NCBI GenBank assembly: GCA_905373625.1
Contig: CAJPTS010000001.1
Location: forward strand, 1-31,809
Length of the DNA: 31,809 bases
Reading direction: 5' to 3'
DNA from: Bacteroidia bacterium
Lineage (GTDB): Bacteria > Bacteroidota > Bacteroidia > Bacteroidales > CAJPTX01
Position 1 is the stretch's first letter. Each line of letters starts with the position of its first letter. Both the position numbers and the translations under genes were made by a program. Positions 9,458 through 19,100 of this stretch are shown in pieces. The notes below the pieces were generated by a model. It did not search any database, was not told the origin of the DNA, and saw only the letters and a program-made list of their open reading frames with translations.

Positions 9458-10414
9458 TTAACCGATAGCCAACATTCTCTCTATGGAAATGCGAGCCGAT
9501 TGGGCTAATTCTGCCTCGACGCGCACCTCGTTTTTCTCTTCTCGGAGGCATTCTAAGACGTTGACTAACGTAGCATGCTTCATATGCTCACATTGCGCCG
9601 TAGGAGCAACCAAGATGAGCTCTTTCTCTGGGACTGTTTGCTGCATTTTATAAAGCACGCCCTCTTCTGTCACAACCAGCAGTTGAGGTTCGGAGCAACG
9701 TTTTGCTTCGTTAATCATGCCAGTCGTAGAGCTAATGAACACACGTGCGTCGTTACGGATCTCGTCATCAGAAGCCCCTGCACTTTCGGGATGTATAAGT
9801 ACGCGCGCCTTGGGATATTTGCGCATTTGTGCTTTGATGACCGCCGTAGTAAATTCGTTGTGTACATGACAAGCGCCATCCCAGAGTTTCATAGGGATGC
9901 CCGTCTGTAGCTGGATGTAGCGTCCTAAATTACGATCGGGCGCGAAGAGTAAACGGTGGTCTGGTGCGTAGTATTTTACCACCTGTAGGGCATTAGAAGA
10001 GGTGCAACAGCAGTCCGTGTATGCTTTCACTTCAGCCGTAGTATTAACATAGGAGATGACGAAGTAGTCTGGGTTCGCTTCTCGCCACGCCGCGAGTTGA
10101 GCGCCCGTAATACCATCGGCAAGAGAGCACTTTGCTTCTAAAGCGGGTAATAGTACCTTCTTATCTTGTGCCAAAATAGAAGCCGTCTCTGCCATAAAGT
10201 GTACGCCACAAAAAACTATAATGTCTGCGTCAGATTTAGCAGCTTCGCGCGATAACCCTAAGGAGTCTCCCACGTAGTCACAAACTTCTTGCACATCGGG
10301 GTTGGCATAGTAGTGCCCTAGGAGTATGGCATGCTTGCTATGACGTAGTTCGTTCAACTCGTCGAGTAAATGTTTCTGACTTGTGGCTTGTAGCTTGGTA
10401 TTACTCATAGTCAT
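9458..10414 (-). CDS. nadA: Quinolinate synthase A
   Basis: LGHYY, GDSLGL, FCGVHFMAETA, CSLA, YVNTTAEVKA, CTSSNA, CHVH, HPE, CEHMK; the three Fe-S Cys are present. Start is probably ATG 10414 or 10408 (ORF track 10447). Confidence 0.95.
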   Translation of the reverse strand: MTMSNTKLQATSQKHLLDELNELRHSKHAILLGHYYANPDVQEVCDYVGDSLGLSREAAKSDADIIVFCGVHFMAETASILAQDKKVLLPALEAKCSLADGITGAQLAAWREANPDYFVISYVNTTAEVKAYTDCCCTSSNALQVVKYYAPDHRLLFAPDRNLGRYIQLQTGIPMKLWDGACHVHNEFTTAVIKAQMRKYPKARVLIHPESAGASDDEIRNDARVFISSTTGMINEAKRCSEPQLLVVTEEGVLYKMQQTVPEKELILVAPTAQCEHMKHATLVNVLECLREEKNEVRVEAELAQSARISIERMLAIG

Positions 10415-10491
10415 TGCAGATGATTTTGCGGATTCGCGCAAGAACAAGAGCCCTTACCCTTTAATTTGACACTGCACGCCGCGTTTTTAGC

Positions 10492-11331
10492 CTAGTTTAC
10501 TTCGAGTTTCATACTAATATCTAACGCACGTACACTATGCGTAATGCTCCCCGTGCTTACAAAATTTACGCCAGTTTCGGCAATAGTGCGCACGCGTTCG
10601 AGTGTAACATTGCCAGAGGCTTCGGTGAGCGTACGTTCATCTATCAGGAGGACGGCTTGCCGCATAGTCTCAATGTCCATATTATCTAACATGATAATAT
10701 CTGCCCTCGCTTTCATTGCTTCGCATACTTCATCTAACGTTGAGGTTTCCACTTCAATGCGAAGATAGGGAGGAATGGCAGCTCTTACCATACGTACAGC
10801 ATTGATGATACTCCCTGCCGCCACAATATGGTTGTCCTTAATCATGGCCAGATCAAATAGTCCCATGCGGTGATTCGCTCCTCCGCCGTGTCGTACGGCC
10901 ATTTTATCTAAGAGACGATGCCCAGGTAAAGTCTTCCGTGTATCTAATAACTGCGTTGGGAGGTCGCCGATGGCTGTGACAAACGCTCGTGTGGTGGTAG
11001 CGATGCCCGACATGCGTTGTACAAAATTCAGTGCCGTGCGTTCGCCCGAAAGCAGAGCTTTATAGTTGCCACGAAAAGAGACGATTTCCTGCCCTTGTGT
11101 AACCTCCTGTCCGTCTGCGATACGAATATCCATCTGTACGGAAGGATCTAGTGTAGCAAAGACTCGCTGTGCGACCTCTAAACCCGAAACCACGCCTTCG
11201 TGCTTCGCAATCCAGCGAGCAGTAGCTAACGTATTTTTGCCTATCAGCGCATCTGTTGCGAGATCGCCACTGCCCAAGTCCTCTTGCAACGCTAGTGCGA
11301 TTAGCTGATCCAATTGCCAAGCATAGTGCAT
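10492..11331 (-). CDS. nadC: Nicotinate-nucleotide pyrophosphorylase (quinolinate phosphoribosyltransferase)
   Basis: ERTALNF.QRMSGIAT, DTRKTLPG, NHRMGLFD..MIKDNH, IEVE, MLDNM, EASGN. Confidence 0.96.
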   Translation of the reverse strand: MHYAWQLDQLIALALQEDLGSGDLATDALIGKNTLATARWIAKHEGVVSGLEVAQRVFATLDPSVQMDIRIADGQEVTQGQEIVSFRGNYKALLSGERTALNFVQRMSGIATTTRAFVTAIGDLPTQLLDTRKTLPGHRLLDKMAVRHGGGANHRMGLFDLAMIKDNHIVAAGSIINAVRMVRAAIPPYLRIEVETSTLDEVCEAMKARADIIMLDNMDIETMRQAVLLIDERTLTEASGNVTLERVRTIAETGVNFVSTGSITHSVRALDISMKLEVN

Positions 11332-11362
11332 GTGTCGCTTCTTTTAAGAAAATCTAATAGTG

Positions 11363-11370
11363 CAAAAGTA
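11363..11370 (-). promoter_or_regulatory. Bacteroidota sigma-70 -7 element for the nadC operon
   Basis: Minus-strand TACTTTTG matches TAnnTTTG, about 30 bp upstream of the nadC ATG. No clean -33 TTTG. Confidence 0.6.
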
Positions 11371-11457
11371 GGCAATGTAACGGAGTCGCGTAGAAGAAAA
11401 ACAGAATCTGGTTGCCATGCTATAAAGAATCTATTTAAGAGCTTTCGCTATATTTTC

Positions 11458-11465
11458 TACCTTTG
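11458..11465 (+). promoter_or_regulatory. Bacteroidota sigma-70 -7 element for the pdxA-ruvA-sprA operon
   Basis: TACCTTTG matches TAnnTTTG, about 40 bp upstream of the pdxA ATG and divergent from the nadC box. Confidence 0.6.
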
Positions 11466-11507
11466 TTCAAAACAAGAGTGTGGCGTTGTTTAGTTGGGAG
11501 AGTGTAA

Positions 11508-12581
11508 ATGTTGGAGGGAAAGGTTGTTGTCGGCATAACGCAGGGCGACTGTAATGGTATAGGTCCAGAGGTGCTAATTCGTGCCTTGCAAGACCCAATG
11601 TTTGTAGAGCAGTTCGTGCCTGTAATTTATGGTTCGGGGCGAGTGCTGGCCTACTATCGGAAAAACCTAAATATGCAGGGCGTACAGGTCTTTGCGGTGA
11701 AACGTGCAGCAGAGGCTCATCCGCGCCGTATAAACCTTGTAGAAGTCTCTGTTGCAGAGCCTGTTATGGTAGAGATGGGGCAGCCTACGCGTCTTGCAGG
11801 ACTTTTGGCGTATAATGCCCTAGAGGCATTCTTTCAAGATTGGCACGAAGGTGCACTTGACGCTCTTGTTACACTTCCTGTCAACAAGAGTACAATGCAA
11901 TCGTCTGCTTTTGCATTCCCAGGTCATACCGAATACTTGGCAGATCGGACACAGAGTGAAAACTCGCTCATGTTCATGGTGAGTGATCGGCTTCGTGTCG
12001 GAGTGGTAACGGGGCACGTGCCCCTACGTCGAGTGCCAGAGTTGCTTACCACAGAGCGTATTTTGTCAAAGATCCGTCTGATGAGCGAGACTCTCCGACG
12101 CGATTTTGAGCTAGAGCGTCCCAGTATTGCCGTATTAGGTTTAAACCCTCATGCGGGTGAGGGAGGTCTTTTGGGAACAGAAGAAATGACCATTATAGAG
12201 CCTGCCATAGAACAGGCAAATGCAGAGGGGTTGATTGCCGTAGGTCCGCTACCAGCCGATGGATTCTTTGGTGCAGGAACGTGGAAGAACTATGATGCTG
12301 TGCTTGCCATGTATCACGACCAAGGATTAATTCCTTTTAAGTCTTTAATCTTCGAGGACGGAGTGAATTATACTGCTGGTTTACCTCTTGTACGCACGTC
12401 GCCTGCGCATGGAACGGGGTATGGGTTGGTAGGAAAGAATCTCGCATCCTGCGAGCCTTTTCGACAGTCCGTCTATATGGTCATCCGAATTGCTAAGGCG
12501 CGTCAACGTACTGATGCTATACAAGCAGGCGCATTGCGACCGCAGTCACTCGCTGATGCTACAGACACGGTAGAGCGTTAG
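11508..12581 (+). CDS. pdxA: 4-hydroxythreonine-4-phosphate dehydrogenase PdxA family
   Basis: GITQGDCNGIGPE, PGHTEYL, LNPHAGE.G, AMYHDQGLIPFK, VRTSPAHGT. Confidence 0.93.
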   Translation: MLEGKVVVGITQGDCNGIGPEVLIRALQDPMFVEQFVPVIYGSGRVLAYYRKNLNMQGVQVFAVKRAAEAHPRRINLVEVSVAEPVMVEMGQPTRLAGLLAYNALEAFFQDWHEGALDALVTLPVNKSTMQSSAFAFPGHTEYLADRTQSENSLMFMVSDRLRVGVVTGHVPLRRVPELLTTERILSKIRLMSETLRRDFELERPSIAVLGLNPHAGEGGLLGTEEMTIIEPAIEQANAEGLIAVGPLPADGFFGAGTWKNYDAVLAMYHDQGLIPFKSLIFEDGVNYTAGLPLVRTSPAHGTGYGLVGKNLASCEPFRQSVYMVIRIAKARQRTDAIQAGALRPQSLADATDTVER

Positions 12582-12596
12582 TCGGAGACCGTGCCG

Positions 12597-13178
12597 ATGA
12601 TAGATTTTATTTCGGGCGATGTCGTCTCTCTCTCGCCCACCGAGGTGGTTATAGCTAACGGTGGCATGGGGTATATGCTTCAGATCTCTATGCAGACCTA
12701 TACTGCTATTGAGGGTAAAGTTACCGTGTTGCTCTATGTACACGAAGCCATTCGCGAGGACGCGTACGATCTCTACGGCTTTCTGACAAAGACAGAACGG
12801 AGTCTTTTTCGTCTTCTCATCTCCGTCTCGGGGGTCGGCTCTAATACAGCGCGTTTACTACTCTCTTCGTATGAAAGTGCTGAGTTGGTGGCAATCATAC
12901 GCGATGGCGATTCTACCCGTTTGTGTCAAGCGAAAGGCATCGGGACGAAGACGGCACAGCGCATAATTGTAGATCTACAAAATAAGGTCGGAGATCTCAG
13001 TGTTGTCGGTACGGGGGCGCTGGCTGCGCACAATACCAAACGTGACGAAGCGTTATTTGCTTTGATCGCATTAGGTTTCGCGCGGGCTGCGAGTGAGAAG
13101 GTTTTAGACGCTCTTTTGAAGTCAGATGCGTCGCTCACCGTGGAACAGTTGATCAAGGCGGCATTACGGCAATTGTAG
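12597..13178 (+). CDS. ruvA: Holliday junction branch migration protein RuvA
   Basis: IREDAYDLYGF, HhH motifs LISVSGVG and GIGTKTAQRIIVDL, C-terminal ALIALGF...LIKAAL. ATG at 12597 preferred. Confidence 0.96.
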   Translation: MIDFISGDVVSLSPTEVVIANGGMGYMLQISMQTYTAIEGKVTVLLYVHEAIREDAYDLYGFLTKTERSLFRLLISVSGVGSNTARLLLSSYESAELVAIIRDGDSTRLCQAKGIGTKTAQRIIVDLQNKVGDLSVVGTGALAAHNTKRDEALFALIALGFARAASEKVLDALLKSDASLTVEQLIKAALRQL

Positions 13179-13188
13179 CAAAATAGCA

Positions 13189-16100
13189 GTGGTGGGTGTT
13201 TTAGCGTGTATCAGCAAAAAAAAGAAAGCAAGGCTCTACTGGCTGTTTGCCCTCGTCCTTGTACCGTACATTTCTGTTTACCCAGCGAAGGCGCAAGAAG
13301 AGGGTGCTACCTCTGGTTCTATTCGTACGCCTGCCCTTCCGTCGTTAGTAGCAAAGAAGTACGAGGTGGTTTACGACGCTCGTACAGGTAATTATTTCGT
13401 CTACAATAAGATTGGCGACCTCACAGTGGGTCAGCCACGTGTACTCAGTGCTCAAGAGTACCGCGATTTCCGACGCGAGGAGTCTATGCGCCAATTTTGG
13501 CAGAACTCGCACGGAGAACAGCGAGACAATAGCGCTGCAGGAAGCCGTATACTCCCCGTGCTACAAGTAGGCGGCGATGAATTCGACCGTATATTTGGTA
13601 GCAATGTCATAGAGATTGTCCCACAAGGCTCGGCTGAGCTAACATTTGGGGTTACACACTCGAATACTCAGAACTATGCCCTACCTGAGGATATGCGTAG
13701 TAATACTACGTTTGATTTTGATACCAAGCTACAGATCAACCTCACGGGACGTATAGGAGACAAACTCCGTATGGACGTGAAGTATAATACCGAGGCCACC
13801 TTTGATTTTGAAACGAATGTAAAGGTGGAATATACGGGGCATGAGGACGAGATAATCCAGAAAATAGAAGCGGGGAATGTCTCTATGCCGCTCCCAGGAT
13901 CGCTGATTACAGGGAGTCAGAGTTTGTTCGGTTTTCGTACCGATTTGAAATTTGGACGTCTAAACGTTTCGGCAGTACTCTCGCAACGAAAGGGACAGGC
14001 GCAGACCATAGAGGTAAAAGGGGGAGCGCAGACCAAGGACTTTGAGGTTCGGGCAGACCAATACGAAGCCAATCGACACTTCTTTTTATCCAAATATTTT
14101 TACGATCGTTACGACCAAGCGCTCAGCCAATTGCCGTTAGTCGGTTCTGGAATTGAAATCCAGAAAATCGAGGTCTGGGTCACTAATAAACAGGGACGCT
14201 TTGACGACTCGCGAGACGTGGTCGCTTTTGTCGATTTGGCGGAGGTCGGCAGTAATATCTTTGCAAATAGTGTAGTACACCCTGTGGCAGGCGAGCGCTT
14301 GCCAAGCAATGCGAGCAATACGCTTTATCATGATATGACTCAAGGGGCGTATGCGGGCATCCGTTCACTTGCCGATGTCACTGCAATTTTAGCTCCTCTT
14401 GCGGCACAGAAATTTCAGAATGGGCAGGATTATGAAAAGCTTGAAAGCGCTCGTAAACTCCGCCCGAACGAGTATACGCTCAACGCAAAGTTGGGCTTTA
14501 TCTCGTTAAACATGTCGCTCAATGCTGATGAAGTCTTGGCAGTAGCCTACGAATATACCTATCAGGGGAAAACGTATAAGGTCGGAGAGCTCTCCACCGA
14601 CGGGATTAATGCACCAGAGGCTTTGGTTGTAAAGTTACTGAAGGGGACGGATTTGTCGCCTACTATGCCCACGTGGCGTCTTATGATGAAGAACATCTAT
14701 TCGCTAGGGGCGTTTCAATTGGCAAAAAAGGATTTCCAACTTGACGTCTTGTATCAAGATGACGAAATCGGTACAGCAGTTAATTACTTAAGCAAGGGGA
14801 ATTTGCAGCGCGAGCCACTTCTCTCAGTTCTCAATCTTGATAACCTGAACTCGCAGGGCGACTACGGTCCAGACGGCGTATTTGATTATATAGAAGGAGT
14901 AACGATACAGCCTGCTACGGGACGATTTATCTTCCCGATGGTCGAACCCTTCGGGGCGTATTTGGCAAAAAAGATCGGAGATCCTACGGTGGCTGACGCA
15001 TTATGTTATCGCGAATTGTATGACAGCACCCTCTCGCGCGCACAGCAGGCGGCGGAGAAAAACAAGTTCCTCATTCGAGGCGAGTATCAGTCAAGTAGTA
15101 ATTCGGAAATTTCACTCAATGCGCCTAATGTCCCAAAAGGATCGGTCGTAGTAACGGCAGGCGGACAGCGTTTGGTAGAAAATACTGACTACGTGGTAGA
15201 TTATCTCCTCGGTACGGTTAAAATACTGAACCAAGGGCTGCTAGAATCAGGTACCCCGATTAAGATCTCTTTAGAGAGCAACCTCGGGCTAGATTTTCAA
15301 ACTAAAACACTTGTGGGGACGCACCTCGATTATCGGTTCAACGAGAAGTTCCACGTCGGAGGTACTATCTTAAATCTGACAGAGCGGCCACTCACCAAGA
15401 AAGTGAACTATGGGAACGAGGCCATGTCTAATACAATCTGGGGCTTGAATACTTCTTATGAGACGGAAGTTCCGTGGTTGACGCGCGCAGTAGACATGCT
15501 CCCATTTTTGGAAACGAAGGAAAAGTCTTCGTTCTCCTTTGACGCCGAGATGGCCAACTTTATTCCAGGGCAGTCTAGTTATCTTGATAAACGTGGGGCG
15601 GTATATTTGGATGACTTTGAGGCGAACAAATCGCTCATAGATTTGCGGATGTGGAATACCTGGAGTTTGGCGAGTGTTCCCCAAGGACAAACAGCCATAT
15701 TCCCCGAGGGCGAGTATGTAAATGATTTGCGCTCTGGCATGCAGCGTGCTCGCTTGGCGTGGTATACTATCGACCCTTTGTTTTTACGCAACTCTTCGTT
15801 GACGCCATCGCACATCCGTAACAATCCCGAGGAGCAGAGTAGCCATTTTGTCCGTGAGGTGGAAGAACAAGAGTTGTTCCCCAATCGCAGTATTCCGCAA
15901 GGTCAGCCAACCACGATCCCCGTATTTAACCTCGCTTTTTATCCGTCGGAGCGTGGTCCTTATAACTATGATGCATCGCGAGTTAATACTGACGGTACAC
16001 TCCAGATGCCCACCTCGCGCTGGGGAGGTATTATGCGTGCCCTCCCCGTAACAGATTTTGAGAACTCAAACATAGAATATCTCGAATTCTGGTTGATGGA

Positions 16101-19100
16101 TCCTTTCGCAGAAGATCGGAATACTACGGGCGGCGAGCTCTATTTCAATTTGGGGAATGTGTCTGAAGACATCTTGCGCGACGGACGGAAATTCTATGAA
16201 AATGGTCTCCCCGTAGATGATGATCCCGCCAAAACCGAGAATACGGCTTGGGGACGCGTGCCAAAGGTGCAGTCAACGGTTATGGCTTTTGATAATGACC
16301 CCAATAATCGTGCAAAACAAGACGTCGGCTTAGATGGTTTGAATTCGGAGTCAGAGACCGTCTTCTTCTCCAATTATCTTTCTTCGCTTGCCGCAACGGT
16401 GGGTAGCACGAGTACGGCTGTGGAGCGTGCACGACAGGATCCCTCTTCTGATGACTTCCGCTATTTCCGCTCCTCAAGATATGATGATGAGCATACGGGA
16501 ATCTTAGACCGTTACAAATATTTCAACAATACAGAAGGGAATAGCCCAACGACAGAGCAGTCTAGCGAATCTTATCCTACTGCTGGTACGACGCTCCCCG
16601 ATGTTGAAGACCTTAATAGAGATAACACACTGAGTGACAACGAGAGTTACTACCAGTACCATGTAGCCTTGCGTAAGAATGAGCTCGAGGTCGGGCGTAA
16701 CTATGTCACGGATAAGGTTATAGCTAAAGCAAAATTTGCGAATGGCAAGGAGTCTACGGTGACGTGGTATCAGTTTAAGATCCCACTGAAAGAGTATGAA
16801 ACGCGTGTAGGCTATATTCAGGACTTTAAGTCCATGCGTTTTCTCCGCCTCTATCTTCGTGGTTTTGATGCTCCCGTCTTTTTGCGTTTTGCAACGTTGG
16901 GCTTGGTGCGCGGCGAGTGGCGTCGATACGAACGATCGTTGCTTGAGGCACAAGAACAGCTCGGGGGTGGAGGATCAGAAGTTACCTTCTTTGACGTCTC
17001 GGCTGTAAATATCGAGGAGAATAATACGCGAACTCCTGTCAATTATGTGTTACCTCCTGGTGTAACGCGAGAAATTGATGCAAGCCAAACCGTTGAGAAC
17101 GAGCTCAATGAGCAATCAATGGAGCTAAAAGTCTCTAATCTGTTAGACGGTGATGCGCGTGCTGCCTTTCGTAATGTGAGTTATGACTTGCGTAACTACA
17201 AGCGCATGTCTATGGATGTGCATGCTGAGGCTTTGATAAATGAACCTCTTAAAGATGACGAGCTGACTCTCTTTTTACGTTTGGGGTCTGATTATACGTC
17301 GAACTACTATGAGTACGAAGTGCCCTTAAAGCTAACAGCGCCTGGGTTCTACAGTAATATAAGTGAGGGCGATAGGCGGAGTGTCTGGCCAGCGGAGAAT
17401 GCTATAGATCTAAATCTGTCGGAATTCCGTGAGGTGAAGTTGCAACGCGATGCCATGTTACGCAGCCTGTCTGGTCAGACCGTGCGTGATGCTTATCGGG
17501 TAGAAAAAGACGAGCGTTCCATTTCGGTGGTGGGGCATCCGAGTTTAGGACATGTACGTGTCCTGATGATCGGAATACGTAATCCGAAACTCGGTCCTGC
17601 ATTAGATGACGGGCATGCGAAGTCGGGCATTGTCTGGGTAAATGAATTGCGTTTGTCGCGACTGGATAAATCGGGCGGATGGGCGGCGCTCGCCTCCATG
17701 AATACGAGGATGGCAGACTTCGGAGCACTCAGCCTTACAGGGCGTTTACAGACACCTGGTTTTGGTGCACTAGAAAATAAAGTAAACGAGCGTGCCAAAG
17801 AGCTAACCTATCAGTATGATGCTAATGCTAATTTGGAGCTAGGAAAGTTCTTCCCCAAGCGTTGGGAGGTGAGTATCCCGTTTTATGTGTCGCATGGCGA
17901 GACCTTTGCTAATCCCGAATACAATCCGCTAGACCCCGACGTGCCGTTTGACGAAGCGCTGGATCATCTGCCTACGCAAGCAGAAAAAGAGAAGCTGCGC
18001 GAGATTGCACAAGATTACGTCAGACGGCGTAGTCTGAATATCACTAACGTACGCGTAAACAAACAGGGACGAGACCCGCGCCCGTGGGATCTCGCTAATT
18101 TCTCATTGACCTATGCTTACAATGAGCAGAACGCTCATAATGTGAAAACAGAATACAGAAACCAAGTGGCGCATAAAGGTATGTTTGCTTACGCCTTTAG
18201 TGCACGCCCAAAATCTTATGAACCGTTCCGACGTATAGGTTTCCTCTCGAGCAATTACCTAGCTATTATACGCGACTTAAATTTCACTCCCATGCCACGT
18301 CAGATTACCTTCCGTACGGAGGTGAATCGGAATTTCTTGGAGCAGAAGTTGCGTAATATAAATAGTCCTGCTTTGCAGATGCGCCCCACGTATGCCAAGA
18401 GCTTTGAGTGGAATAGAGCCTACGGTGTGAACTGGGACTTAATGCGGAATTTCCGAATTGACTTCACGGCCAACAATATGGCAGTGATTGACGAACCCGA
18501 GGGGCAGACCCTCTCGCAACTGAAGGGAGCGGAGCGCGAGGCGTGGAAAGATACCGTTTGGGCGAGTCTCCGTCATTTCGGACGTACGACGCAGTATAAT
18601 CATCACCTTGGGGTAACGTATAATCCTTCCATAAATAAGTTGCCTTTCTTCGGTTGGCTTAGTGGAACTGCCTCTTATACCGCCGATTTTCGTTGGGATG
18701 CTGCTCGCCGAGTTGCTCAGAACGTAAATATGAATGTGGGGAATACCCTACAGAACGCAGCTTCGATACAATTATCTGCCCAGGCAAGTTTTACATCGCT
18801 CTATTCGAAGATCTCCTATCTGAACAACATAAACCAAAAGTTCGAGCGGATCGGAAATGGTTCAGAAGCTACGGACGTCACCAAACAGGAAATGCGCACC
18901 GTTCGCTTTGAAAAAGAGCGCTTCAATATACCAGTAGGTCAGAAACGATCTGTAACCCACAATCTGAATCTGGAGGAGGTTACGGCGAAGTACATAAATC
19001 GCGACGGGAGTGAAGTGCCTCTCGAGGTTGAGGTGATAGCTAAAAATCGGGTGCGCGTGTCAAGCAGTGTGGCACTAAGTCGTGGTAAACTCGTGCTTGA

